A stretch of 64,000 bases of DNA from Rubripirellula sp. (GCA_965216875.1 OZ244207.1:896001-960000); one strand, 5' to 3'; shown: positions 37,401 through 44,277, numbered from the stretch's first letter. Translations and numbers: made by a program. The notes: generated by a model from the letters alone, not told the origin.

Positions 37401-40400
37401 ACATGCTGATTGAATCGTTGATTCGGATCCCGTCGGCCAACGGGTCGGCTCCGAGAGCGGTCCAGGTCAATTCGTTGCCGTCGGTATCGTAGACACGGAG
37501 GTTGAGTCCACCGGCAGCCGCTTCGAGCCCAGCGGGAAGCAGGTCGGTGAGCGAAATGTCATACGCTTCGGCGCCGCCCACGTTGCGAATGGTGATGGCA
37601 TACTTGACTTGGTCGCGCCCATCGAGGCCGTCCACGTCCGCATCAAGCGGCAGCGCAGCAATGGTTGCCGCGTCGATTTGCGCGGTGTTGGCACCTGCAC
37701 CGGGCAGGCCCCAAACCGAGGCTCGGGATGATTCGGTGATTGCGCTGCCACCGGCAAACAACTCGGTTGCCGTCAGTCCGCCGTTGTTCGCGGTGAACGT
37801 CACATCGGTCGCAGCCAAGCTGCCGACAAATGCGATCCGCATCGATCCGCTTCCGATCGGACCGCCCGAGACAATCACATCACCCTGTTCGACACCCGAG
37901 AGTGCTTCGAGCGCATGGCGGATGTCCGTAGCATCGGCCGTTGAACTCACAGCGGCTGTGGTTTGCCCCTGAAGCGTCATGGTGAACGCGCCCGAAGCCG
38001 TTCCCGTGATCTGCTGTAGCTCGTTGGCAACCGATGAGGTTGAGTAGGCCGCCGTCGCATCGACCGAAGTGCTTGCGATGCCTTTGATGATTTCGAGCTC
38101 AGGGGCGGACAGCGAAATCTGCACAAGGTCGACGTTGCTGCTAGGTGCACCGCCCGTACTCGCTTCGGACGCCTGAGCCATGTTGGTCAGAAAGAGCCCA
38201 TCGGCAAAATCGGTGTCGCCCACGGTGACCGTGACCAACAAATCGATTTGCGATTGGCTGTTGGTCGTGCCGTCAAACGTTCCAAAGTTGATGGCAAGTG
38301 AATTGCTGTCGACATCGACCGACAAGGTGGGTGCTTGGGAATCATCAAGCCCACCATCGGCCAGGTCCCAAATATCATAAAAGGTGTCGGTGGTCAGGAT
38401 CTCGACCACGCCGGCGCCCATGTTGGTGCTCGTCGTGTCGGCGTCAAACACCCAAGCATCATTCGGATCGGCAGGCACGAAGCCGTCACCGTCAGGGTCA
38501 GCGACAGAAAAGACCGGCAATGGGAAGAAGTCGGTAAGGACCAGATCTTCAAAGTCGGTCGTGGGGAGGTCATAGGTCAACCGGTAGGTGATTCGATCAC
38601 CAGTGGTGATGTTGAGGTTGCTACCGAGCGAGGTGTTGCCGTTGATGGCGTAAAGCTGTTTGGTGAGTGCGCCGACGGGAATGGCAATCGAGGCGGCAGC
38701 GTCATCCGTTTCAGTGTGCCCGGACGCGGGCATCAGTGGATTGAGGAATCGATTGACGTGGTTGTCCGCGGTGAGCGTTGCCGTGTTTGAGATGACATCG
38801 CCTTGGTCGACACTGCGGTCTTCGCTCGAGAGCGGATCAACAAAATCCTCTTGGACTTCGGTGTAGAACGTGATCGTTCCGGTTGCGGTCTCGGAGTCAA
38901 AGATGCCGTCGTCCGCGAGATCGCCTTCCAAAATGCCGTCATCGCCCAAAGCGATCAGGGCTTCGGAAAGGAAAATGCGAATTGCGGTTTGCCCGTCGCT
39001 GGTTGGATTGTCGATTTCGCCAGCTGTTGAATCACCTGGACCACCGTCGGTTGTATCGAGCCGCGACTGGTCGACAACAAACGTGTTGGTTCCATCAAAG
39101 GCAGCGGCAACCGAACCCAAGGTGAACGCGAAATCGCCGGCGCGTGTGATCCCACGATCGGTGACCGAGAAGCGTGCTCGGTTGATCGCGTCACTGAAAT
39201 ACGATTGCCCGTCACTGAGCAGATCATCGATGATCAAATTGCCGTAGGTGTAGTAGTCACTCAGTTGGAACGACAACGTCCATTCGAGCAAACGTCCGGG
39301 CGCGGCAACGCCTCCGCCAACGACTGAGACCGCTTTTTGGATGGCAACGGAACGAACATCAAGCGTGCTCGTCGCGTTTTCGGCAATGGCTCCCCCTGGA
39401 TCGCGCGCATCGGCGGCAGCAAGCGAACCGGAGGCCGTTACCGTGTTCGAAATCTCGGGGCTATTGGGATCGTCTTCGCCCCGATCAGAATCCGCATGGT
39501 TTCCGCCCACCACATAGTCGCTGTTGGCGTCCGTTTCTGGAACGAAGTAGGTGATGGTGACGGTGATGTCGTCGCCGTCGTAGCCGGTAATGTCACTGTC
39601 AGCAACGATCGCGAGTGTATTGCCTGTTTGAGGTCCGCTCGGGTCGACGGTTCCGTAGCTACCAACAAGCCCTGCGTCGTAGGTGACGCCCGCGCCGACT
39701 CCGATCTCGTCTTGGCCAAAGAAATTGCGCAGCCCATCGGTATCGTTGACGTTCGTTGTGAAGTTAACGCCAGCGTTTGCGGCGCCACCCACCGAAACTC
39801 CTGTGATTTGCCCGAGCGCGATGTTGTCGGGTAATGCATCCGTCAACACAAAGTTGCTCAGCACTTGGCCGGTCGGGATATCGACGTTGATCGTGAATGT
39901 CCGCAGCCAATTTGGCCCCGTGACCCCTTCGCCGTTGTCGTCGGTCGTTTGAGTGACGATCAGGCTGGTTGGCGTGACACTTGCCGATTGAGCCCATGAG
40001 GTTGCGTTTGTCCCAACATCGCTCAGCAATGACGGGTCGGTCACGGGGTTGTCCAGTGCATCGTTGCCGTAACGGAATCCTCCGCGAGCGAAGACCGTGA
40101 GTGGAGTTCCGATGTCGGCAAGCGGGCTAATGGGCGCGTCGATGGTCAAGTCGACTTGAGGTTGATCGGTAGCGAACGAGCCGAACGGCAACTCGATGAC
40201 CAGCAGTTGATCGCCAGCTTGTCCAACGACGCTCAACGGCGCCCCTGTGTTGTCGACAGCAAATGGGTGAGCAATCGTCCCGGTCGTGCCTGGACCAGCG
40301 CCATCGTCGTCACCAAAGGTCAACAGGTACGAGGTCAGTTCCAGACCCTGGTAGGTGACTGTCATCCCCGGGGGCAGAATCAATCCATCGGGTTCGCCGT

Positions 40401-41802
40401 CGGCTTGGCCATCGGCGGGGGCGACGTCAAAGAGGTTGTACAGCGAACCATCGCCCGTCGTGTCACCGTCATAGATTCCGTCAGCACCCAACTTTGGAAT
40501 CAGCACATCGATGAATGGGCCGAACCCAGTGTCACCCGGCAGCCCCGCGTTGTTGAATGACAGATTGATCGTCGCGTTCTGGCCAGGTTGTGCGCTTCCA
40601 GTGATCGCAACGGTGACGCTTGGCGCGGCGTTCCCGAGCAACGCGACGAACTCGGCCTGAGCAGAGGGCGCAATGGCGACGATCGTTTCGACTTCGCCGG
40701 TTGTGTATTCCAGTACCCAGTCACCGCCCAACGACGCGTGCCCCGTTTGATTGTCACTCGCGGCGACATCAGCACCGGTGAGTTCGGCAAGTTCCTCAAG
40801 GAGTGCTTCGCCCGCGGAGGTCTCCGCGATGTTGCACCCATAGATCAACAGGTCGCCGTCTTCGGTGAAGGCATCGCGCCAAGATTCGAAATTGGCTGAG
40901 TATTGATCAAGCGATTCGAGATCAATCAGCGCATCACCCAACGCGAGTTTGCCAGCGGTTCCGTGGCTGACCAAATGAATCGCCGAAAGATTGGATTGTG
41001 AACCAAGAAACGCATCGATCTGCGCGAAAGGATCGGCGTCATCGGTCAGCTCCAAGACCAAACGTTCGCGGGTCGTATCGAAGGTGTCGATGTCGGCGAG
41101 GATCGCGTCAAGATCGGTAACCGACGAATCGACGATCACAAGTTCACGAGGGAGCGTTGATCCTGCGATCGAGTGGAGTTGGGGCTCAGGGTGATCGTAT
41201 TCTGCGTCCTCTTCCTGAGGTGGCGCAATCCAACTCATGGTGTCGTCTTGCACATCTCCGTCGGGCAAACCATGCGCGGGCAGTCCACCCTGGCCATGAT
41301 TGGCTAGGGTCGCACCGACAAGGTGTTGGTCACCGATTGGAAGCGGCAGTGCGTCCACCTGGACTTCGATCGGGTTGTGCTCGAAGTGCGCGTCTTCCTC
41401 ATTTGGCGCTTCGATCCAACTCATCGTGTCGTCGGACACACCTTGGTCATCCGCGACGTCGTAGGGCAAACTCTGAAAGCGAATTAGCGGCGCAGGGTCA
41501 TCGTTCAACCCGGTTGAGTTTTCTTCGCCACCGCCAACGATCCATTCGGTGGTGCCTTGATCATCAGCCTCGTCAACCCGCCAAACCTCGCTGGAACTCG
41601 ACCCGTCGTTGGTGGTTTGCTCGCTTGAGGCCCCTTCGGCGTCGCCTTGAGGTTGGTTTGGATCGATTGCATCACCTGCGACGGCTGCATCGATGTCGCC
41701 AGCCATTTCAGGTGGCAAGAAGGGGACGGCTGTGAAAAGGAGCCGTTGCTCGAGTTGTCGGAGCAACAAACGGCGTTTTCGCCTGGAGGTTTGGAAACGC
41801 AT
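22447..41802 (-). CDS. Giant (~6451 aa) surface adhesin: LEPR-xLL leader, DUF4347, isopeptide-type fimbrial/DUF11 repeats, beta-propeller insert, ~20 SdrD-B-like repeats, DUF11 repeats, C-terminal Ig-like domain
   Basis: Start MRFQTSRRKRRLLLRQLEQRLLFTA. DUF4347 motifs HLVSHG, DLLIYGC, TGADVAAS..TG....GGDW.LE. Repeated K.......IGE.VTY and IGD.VW.D.DGDG.QD.GEPG...DFG. Confidence 0.9.
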   Translation of the reverse strand: MRFQTSRRKRRLLLRQLEQRLLFTAVPFLPPEMAGDIDAAVAGDAIDPNQPQGDAEGASSEQTTNDGSSSSEVWRVDEADDQGTTEWIVGGGEENSTGLNDDPAPLIRFQSLPYDVADDQGVSDDTMSWIEAPNEEDAHFEHNPIEVQVDALPLPIGDQHLVGATLANHGQGGLPAHGLPDGDVQDDTMSWIAPPQEEDAEYDHPEPQLHSIAGSTLPRELVIVDSSVTDLDAILADIDTFDTTRERLVLELTDDADPFAQIDAFLGSQSNLSAIHLVSHGTAGKLALGDALIDLESLDQYSANFESWRDAFTEDGDLLIYGCNIAETSAGEALLEELAELTGADVAASDNQTGHASLGGDWVLEYTTGEVETIVAIAPSAQAEFVALLGNAAPSVTVAITGSAQPGQNATINLSFNNAGLPGDTGFGPFIDVLIPKLGADGIYDGDTTGDGSLYNLFDVAPADGQADGEPDGLILPPGMTVTYQGLELTSYLLTFGDDDGAGPGTTGTIAHPFAVDNTGAPLSVVGQAGDQLLVIELPFGSFATDQPQVDLTIDAPISPLADIGTPLTVFARGGFRYGNDALDNPVTDPSLLSDVGTNATSWAQSASVTPTSLIVTQTTDDNGEGVTGPNWLRTFTINVDIPTGQVLSNFVLTDALPDNIALGQITGVSVGGAANAGVNFTTNVNDTDGLRNFFGQDEIGVGAGVTYDAGLVGSYGTVDPSGPQTGNTLAIVADSDITGYDGDDITVTITYFVPETDANSDYVVGGNHADSDRGEDDPNSPEISNTVTASGSLAAADARDPGGAIAENATSTLDVRSVAIQKAVSVVGGGVAAPGRLLEWTLSFQLSDYYTYGNLIIDDLLSDGQSYFSDAINRARFSVTDRGITRAGDFAFTLGSVAAAFDGTNTFVVDQSRLDTTDGGPGDSTAGEIDNPTSDGQTAIRIFLSEALIALGDDGILEGDLADDGIFDSETATGTITFYTEVQEDFVDPLSSEDRSVDQGDVISNTATLTADNHVNRFLNPLMPASGHTETDDAAASIAIPVGALTKQLYAINGNTSLGSNLNITTGDRITYRLTYDLPTTDFEDLVLTDFFPLPVFSVADPDGDGFVPADPNDAWVFDADTTSTNMGAGVVEILTTDTFYDIWDLADGGLDDSQAPTLSVDVDSNSLAINFGTFDGTTNSQSQIDLLVTVTVGDTDFADGLFLTNMAQASEASTGGAPSSNVDLVQISLSAPELEIIKGIASTSVDATAAYSTSSVANELQQITGTASGAFTMTLQGQTTAAVSSTADATDIRHALEALSGVEQGDVIVSGGPIGSGSMRIAFVGSLAATDVTFTANNGGLTATELFAGGSAITESSRASVWGLPGAGANTAQIDAATIAALPLDADVDGLDGRDQVKYAITIRNVGGAEAYDISLTDLLPAGLEAAAGGLNLRVYDTDGNELTWTALGADPLADGIRINDSISMLLGANTGFHQLIRMESVDNFDTGSNASVVGSYGTSSLEAMARDWVTGTVFAAEPGRLGTINTATGAFTALGSQFDAAVGYTLNNVDSLAFNPITNELWGLDGPTDRLFKIDTTTGRIIENAFAGGTADYITVSGSRIDDIAIDFSGRVFATTSDNLIEIMVNESAGTATRSVIGAFDYADGGVSLDDLQGLSIDQWGRLWGTTGSNDSSSFDSSLFQIDKATGDVSERRGIGAGGDFEAFVAFNPNHAGAIGSAGAANDTLIVTYDVQLADSAEPNTTYTNDVTLTDYTARDGGTSFLTGTPPTESASILPFESAIDTFIVDTSESHTGVTGSIVDATIGEIVRYRVEVELAEGTYNDLTLRELLPTGLTFIDDDTATIAFVSDNDAITSTDISDGSAFVIGNETTLATIDPDGEFGDEDIANSLNGTSDTYNSGTDVYFKLGNVINADNDANVEYVVIEFNALVDNHSSNDAGDIRSHRSRLFINDASILTTSINANDQVRVVEPQLSVASRVFSLSQVDGGDIFSVTVTLQAASGTNFSDAYDLVFDESIPTGFTRTGSITLGGSHSTSFSDSSTSSSVNLAFDDLPEGDTITITYQVVADDDLPPAGSHPFASDLTWTSLAGDQGDTSGSDPTDSDPPGSPGDINGERTGDPVPLSQNDYRNLDSDNLSGRALDLTKTLIGTEFANDIDVDGIDDQVVIGELVTYELYVDVPESRANNVLVVDTLDPGLAFVGITSITTTDDLALVGGAAINQANITTTVSPGGQTVTFDIGDIFDPTPLTSNDSDSFTIRYQAVVVNDAVNQGGPSETNTLLNNSAVLSYDGGTDVTRSAINIEVIEPELTTTLDVYGDGGPGDTLIEAGEALTVEFTLSNASGVDAFDVYSYLDLIRLDDGSTAIQHTTTPGLAPTLTVVDTAGVYDASDFEWVDPDNTANPGSDAQGWRLQIINPDGFDLSGADPARTITFTVTGTASIDIAAGETYTTDAGATFTSLDGNVADRSTYNTESDERSYDPTMTRLHDDYLASSSSSITMAEPSVTKTLTTTEINLAGNDHTQATIGELVTYTVVITLPQGITNDVVLTDNLDPGLAYVGMVSGSAPDAVTADGKVLTWNLGDLTNDPAIGTDDTITFVYQAVVLDNAANNAGTQIGESTASAALLDFELPDGSAGAQKSDDTTDQVVTLVEPEITVTSSMTTSVGGDQIAEAGEIVTYTMTIENTGTVAAYDTDILLTLPFYIDDVAAESSLLRNISFVVDDSIDVYDDAGNESTPGAFFDLVAAGPTGQRIGAGNTVDIDLDPIAGRTITITVTGTVIDDVAASDQFRSWHEVDWTSMNGLDDVDRSTFNNDVTERAQEREFDPLWVPDDYRASRSEFLSTPNPTLDKSLTTTEINSAANDHTRAVIGELVTYTLTVDLTQGITHNVALTDVIDAGMALHDVVSTSHAPVSQTLGANNLSWNFGDITNDPTNPTDDQLTVVYRAVVLDVVANQAGTQLGESPTDRATLTWDDDGIDNNNWSGGVSLNSFNTTDHTTDQVVTIVEPTISVARDAYIGVSGITTGDAGDTVTYVVTLTNASGVDASDLAFSDVLPSLVAGSAVLAPNFTITGNSGASVADFQWTASSSDINGWELEEVPTADIDLLAGRTLTITISGTLSEDVRTGEILSDDARVRWTSIDDNVTSDEPPTIRSVYHADSRERTGDDGPAGALDDYAHHSTDSISINYSSFIKQIFATDVPETGLTRPGGAAAGDDPLLEDVAIGEYITYRLVYTAAEGVSDDLVITDQALDNSTQRLEILSASVVSIGANLTFADNGGSPLNFTGATDTNNVRLTISDALYGDGINDTFIADLGDLSNASDGLINPNDQIVIDVIARVADVAGNQNDSAATPQHVENNGWYTVRNPNNGTTYTSTLQTVEAEVVTPDLSLTKSFDRTLVDTGETVTVTLTATNNGNASAYQVEIEDILSAAGFDRTSVNIGTAGVDYPADFAATYVAATGTLTYEMGQLDAGEIATFTFTVNVADGATPGGDVTNLATITTSNTLPDGHPGEPGGRTYGDTNAVDDTDLDDTATFSVRENTIAGYVYFDADMSDAFDAGDTGLAGVTLTLTGTDHLGNAITPVVIVSADGTGPDPIGYYEFTGLAAGTYTVTQTQPTSHLDGEETAGAAATIAGAAPVHDAINFTFATGAETDSTGNHFGEIAKGQIVGYVHHDADLDGDYNGTGGLQDVTVTITYTDDRSVGAVQNVTTDANGRFVFDDLRPGSYTITVDSGDVDLTGYLDGIERDDHNSVDSATDFAIGAFTLSHGEVEDDKWFGFNLPGSISGFVYHDADNDGVKDVAELGLANSQVRLTGTTFEGDTITAVIDTTDAAGFYEFTSLLPGTYSVQQIVAPVGHIDGRDTAGDPAANTLTNDLIAGIVLSDNEDSTDNLFGELVAATLAGTVFNDFDANGVMNGLEVGIAGVTLTLSGTQQLADGSSAAITPIIVNTAADGSYSFVNLRPGTYIITQTHPTAYTDGIDTAGTLGGSTAVNDVISAIVVTSDDDGTGYNFAESGSSISGTVYRDDDRDGVLDGGEPGIAGITVELYESDGTTLITTTTTAASGLYTFGNLAAGDYVVRQVQPTQYTSSPAADTNARNITLVTGVDNTGNNFGEALWDLSGRVWFDRDAAGDNDVAEHGFDAVTVTLTYAGADGNLATAGDNQVFMTTTDSNGDYSFTELFNGNYHVDIDTIDLPEGVTNNVDPDGGVPSQSLLTIGGADITNEDFGYLGAGLIGNQLWLDVNGDGVFQSGTEPGLANITVNISFAGDDGIFGTSDDMAWSDVTGSDGTYTFANLPDGNYRIAVDTADTDLPDGIAEVTIGDSNFGTVNVTLNAADRIADDIDFAFVGQRSIGDTLWFDIDGDGIQDAGEPGLGGVTVQLTRIGPNGAYTTTTTTAADGSYSFARLAEGSYSVTAIAGLPVDATPTHDVDGTDDGVGSFTIGATNRDDIDFGYRGSGTDGGTISDFVWYDHDNDGVQDAGEPGIEGATVTVTFAGADGIFGNLDDLQVTDTTDVNGQYALTNLFAGDYRVAVSGLPGALTQTFHRDDIGGVIAEVSEISLVADQDRTNIDFGYTGIRSASGQVWIDRNSNDVNAEPNEPGIGGVTVELTYAGADGIFGSADDLTLTTITDNLGNYTFNSLADGDYRVTAIANLPAGSSPTSGGAIPDGIVDFTIAGANVNDQDLGYVGTRTIGDRVWYDVDGDGVQDAGEPGIANVDLTIVYYGADGNRATTTDNLTFNVTTGVNGIWSIDGLFDGDYDITLDTADLPAGMTVITEETDDFNVLANNVAHVRINAIDPAVRTDIDFGLTGNQTIGSRVWLDLDADGIVDGNEVGLGDVDVTVVWAGFDNNLATTGDNVTITTTTDAAGNYSIGSLANGNYAVSIDASDLPTGLTQTHELDGSTDNNALLSLSGGGNSAVNFGFRGSSSIGDLVYLDGEADGLQTGQDRGLTDITVSLTYLGLDGIANGDGSEFSLSTTSGVLGSYLFDFLPGGNFVVSVDTGDADLPADIAILADGVGGAIGASEQITLAAGAANNSLDFAFAGTRAIGDRAWFDRNDNGVDDLGEPGLVGVDLTLTFAGQDGTFGTADDMTFTTTTGAAGAYSFSNAAAGEYRLAVDTASLPDAMRSTFEVNDVVNAIADTAEFSIAGANRNDIDFGYTGDGVISDRVWLDVDNDGIQDGGEPGLAGVTLTLEFAGDDGVFGNADDLVFTTDTDASGLYSFDHLADGDYRVTVDTADLPSSTVATFDVDGTANGVANLTLAGSASRTDVDFGFAGTRSMQGQVWLDRNSNDTNGETNEPGLGGVIVELTFAGTDGNFATTADNYVVTTITDASGNYGFNNLADGDYRVTSIAGLPVGLTPTSGGIVPDGIVDFNVTGANPANQNLGYVGSSTISDLVWFDHDGDGLQNVGTVGLADIEVTLVYTGADGIVDGDAEEFTLVVDSEDLAGTLGRYVFENLPAGTFEVSIDTADIDLPTGLTSFSSPQSVGASTLVNLGVGITNTTTDFGLRGTGSADGIVFFDGDANGVQAASNEDGFVGTTMTLQGAGQDGLFGTGDDVSLVVDTTAGGNFDFTGLFDGLYRVTVDTADVPDAPIQTYDIDGTLNSRGDFALTGTQNNVDFGYRGNGSISDRVWYDANANGTQDLGEVGIANQTVQVIFAGLDGTFGTGDDMTYTTTTNLTGNYSIANLLAGDYRVSVVAPPAGSINTAAPDDGVGVVADTAEVTLATSANRTDVDLGFTGTGSITGVLVYDVNDDGVENLGDRRQGGVEVTIDVDLDGDGNDDFTQTVTTAADGSYSFTNLFAGTHTITVDPATLPDSIGDKPTFDPNGHVATPDTAEVALGAGANVVGQDFGYHGSPDLSVTITDNVTVVGTGQAVTYTIDIENLGTSRASGSQLVVNLPTNVLENIASTDPTAVINVAAGTITFNIGNIPEGGMLTRTVTADVLGALDAGIDDVDVVATITDDGLHGVDDNLTNNANTDTDIVDAVPDLRTIVNRTPPVVEPGDSVVYDVTIHNDGDQEATGVEGKINIDITVIDPASVVFEDTLGNPIPPGSINFNPLTGDITWDAGAMVSGDSSTLIIRADVLDPVASLKTNFEIDVIACDDGTNGEDPTDDNDGPLDNNHAEAFTILNATPEFFVDIEIDAAPDHTFSPSDKISFTITAGNLGSQGGDNVEVITSLPMTLIDPSSIVLMDPAASFNATNGTIEWDLGTVAGRGTDIRTLTVMASIPIVTDDPLANLIEFTSIIFDDGANGPDLILSNNTDVDGRELLQYAFDSTNDFMQRTGFDDDIEWYAYREDPLRHTKPLPVDPIYSGLAEPGTTLVLRIYDDTGNVVGTRTVIADQGGNWIATFPGAVIWEHPHAMTAEAIGAIHTLGEDGQYNTRRYFQPALHPSMFFSPRPTVQSVMQDAPSQVLSSIHQANLRPLQFGLSSHSYDLNVISNSTAGK

Positions 41803-42220
41803 TGCTTTGTCTAGCCAGCAGGAGGTCGAAGGGGCGACCCCACATCCATGTACGTCTGGACCCGTCCTGATTGGATGGGACAGGTCCGTGTACGTCTGCG
41901 GTCCGCGCACGCACTTTGCGCGCAGCATGCCATCCGTTGGCATGCAAGGGACCAAAAGTGTTGACGTTGTGAATGGGGGTTCGTCGGTTTCTTCGACCGG
42001 TCCACTCGCACGCCGCAAATTTTCTCGGATCAGAAATCGTTCACTGATCGGTTTGCTAACCGACAATCACAACAAACGCCGTGATCGCTACAACCCGGTG
42101 CACGAAAACCACTCCACGGATGGAAACGGTGACCTAGATTTGATGTGAACCGGCTCGCCATCGGTCTGTCATCGAATGGCCGGAGCCGCGCGCAGTCCTC
42201 GTTGATAGACGCACAACACG

Positions 42221-44104
42221 ATGGGTTACACGGGTCATACAAGCACGCCACCTCGATCAATTTTGGTCATTGTCGGGGGAATGTTGGCGTGGGCGGGTCT
42301 AGTGGGGGGCGTTTTGATCGCGTCTCCTCAGTACCACCTCGCCCAGACGGTCAAGGAAGATCCGGTCGAGATGACCTGGGAAGAACTCGTCGAAAACGGG
42401 CTGACCGACAATTCACACGTGCGACTAGTCAACGTGGCGGTCGAACAGGCCGATCCAACCACTTTCCTCGAAGAGATGGTTGAGTTTGATCCTGAGGCGC
42501 CCGTCGAAGAGCAACAAGCCGCGTTTGCGGCGATGGCCGAAAACCTCGACTTCGAACAAGTCGTCGATACGATGTTTCAGCCATTGAAGGTCTATCCGGC
42601 CGGTGGCAATCCGGATGACTACCCTGCCGCGATTGTGATTCCGATTTCGGATTGGGCGACCGAACAAGCACTCAACGAAATCGAAGAATCGGGGACACTG
42701 ACCGGTCGATTCTGTCTCGGGAAGGACGCCGACCTCTACGGTCAAATGGCCAAGCTGATGGTCACCGCTGCAGCGGCAAACGCAGAGGCCGAAATTGCAG
42801 CCGCCAAGCAAGCTGAAGCCGATGCGTTTGGCGATCTCGGAATATCTGGACTCGCTGCACTTCAGGAATCGTCCGAACAAACGCCGAACGCTGCCGACGT
42901 GGCGACGGAGGATTCCGAAGCCAACCAACAAGTCGACGCGGCTGACGCGAACACCAAAGCGACGGACGGCGATGTGACGCTTGCTGAGAATGCCGCAAGC
43001 GATGAGCAAACGGAAGGCGAGCCGGTCGCTGCCGAACCCGATCAACAGTATGTGTTCGAGCCGATCGGGTACATTCCACCGGTCAACGAAGCACAGCAGT
43101 GGTTTTGGCTCTCGGGAATGGCGGTCGCGATCGGACTGGTGATTTGCGGCGCTGGCGGTCCATCCATTCCCTGCTGCATCTTCTTTCAAGTTCCGTCAAT
43201 CTTGAGCCTGTTTGGCTTTCCGCTTCGCTACGGACGCGGCAACAAGGTTAGCCGGCTCGTTTATGGTGTGGCCGGCGTCATGATGATCGGCTACGGCTAC
43301 GATTTGATGGTAACCAAAGGGAGCTTCGGGCAAGTCGACGGCAGTATTGTTTACGCTTCACTCGGTTTCGCGCCTCTTTTCGTCGGCGTCGCTGCGGTGT
43401 TTGGCGCGACGACCAACTTGGTTGCGTCGCGATTGAATATCTGCCTCGATCCATCTGAGAAGAATCCGAAAAAGAACGAGCCGAAGATCTCGATGACTGA
43501 GGCGTGTTCCCTTGAACCATTGGAAGTCGATTTCGCAGAAGAGTTCACGGACCGATACCTGATGGAAGCGACCGAGCCTCTTTCCCAGGAGCTTGAGTCG
43601 GTGGCGTCGGCGCTTTCGTCGGTTGGCTTTGAAGAGCCAGTTGCAATGTCGTGCCAAGATGGCTTTGACAATTTGCCCGTGCTGATTCAGTTGGGATGCC
43701 AGGACATGGTGGTTGCGGATGTTGAATGGATCAACGGTCAACTACAAAGCCGACTGGTCAGTATCCTGCACGACGGACTCGCCATCATCACGCTGTCGTC
43801 CAATATCGATGTCGAGCAAGAATCGAGACTTGGAACCAACGGCCAGTACCTGCGTAGCAATCACGACGATCCCATCGAAATGTTCTCTGCGCACTTGGAA
43901 CAGACGATCGCAATGGCCGAGAAACGAGACACCGCCGTGGTGACGATCGATCCGTCCGAATCGATCGATGCAACGGCCTATGGCCGCCGAGTGCTCGCTG
44001 ACATTCGCAACCAGTACGGCGAAGAACACGCGGAGATCGGGTCCGCACGTTACGGTCGCTTTGCCTACCCACCCAAGCCAGTGCCCAACTACGCCGACGC
44101 CTAG
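42221..44104 (+). CDS. Hypothetical multi-pass membrane protein
   Basis: 627-aa ORF with an N-terminal TM, acidic extracytoplasmic region, ~4 central TM segments and a soluble C-terminal domain. Confidence 0.75.
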   Translation: MGYTGHTSTPPRSILVIVGGMLAWAGLVGGVLIASPQYHLAQTVKEDPVEMTWEELVENGLTDNSHVRLVNVAVEQADPTTFLEEMVEFDPEAPVEEQQAAFAAMAENLDFEQVVDTMFQPLKVYPAGGNPDDYPAAIVIPISDWATEQALNEIEESGTLTGRFCLGKDADLYGQMAKLMVTAAAANAEAEIAAAKQAEADAFGDLGISGLAALQESSEQTPNAADVATEDSEANQQVDAADANTKATDGDVTLAENAASDEQTEGEPVAAEPDQQYVFEPIGYIPPVNEAQQWFWLSGMAVAIGLVICGAGGPSIPCCIFFQVPSILSLFGFPLRYGRGNKVSRLVYGVAGVMMIGYGYDLMVTKGSFGQVDGSIVYASLGFAPLFVGVAAVFGATTNLVASRLNICLDPSEKNPKKNEPKISMTEACSLEPLEVDFAEEFTDRYLMEATEPLSQELESVASALSSVGFEEPVAMSCQDGFDNLPVLIQLGCQDMVVADVEWINGQLQSRLVSILHDGLAIITLSSNIDVEQESRLGTNGQYLRSNHDDPIEMFSAHLEQTIAMAEKRDTAVVTIDPSESIDATAYGRRVLADIRNQYGEEHAEIGSARYGRFAYPPKPVPNYADA

Positions 44105-44115
44105 CCGGCACCTAA

Positions 44116-44248
44116 CCGTAGTGGACGAGGCAACGAGTCCCTCCTGAAGGGAGCCTTTCGATTCACTATCGACGCTACATTCGCCAGAAGGTGGTCCTCG
44201 CTGGTCGTCTGTTCTCCGCTAGCTCCACGCTCTGGCGAGCGTAGCCAC
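44116..44248. repeat. REP cluster between convergent genes: family A copy plus family B inverted pair
   Basis: Family A at 44116-44141. Family B GCTACATTCGCCAGAAGGTGG (~44174-44194) and TCCACGCTCTGGCGAGCGTAGCCAC (~44224-44248). Confidence 0.8.
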
Positions 44249-44277
44249 GGCGAATAAAGCGTCTCGGCTCACCAACT

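Noticed and set aside
41803..42066. 88-aa N-terminal extension of the adhesin in the ORF track
   Set aside because: The LEPR-xLL leader is normally near the N-terminus, so ATG 41802 is the more plausible start.
41940..42110. Possible c-di-GMP-I riboswitch upstream of the adhesin (GCAAACC on the minus strand, several short hairpins)
   Set aside because: Lacks the GAAA-tetraloop stem and the GACGCAAA continuation of the consensus. An Rfam/Infernal scan would settle it.
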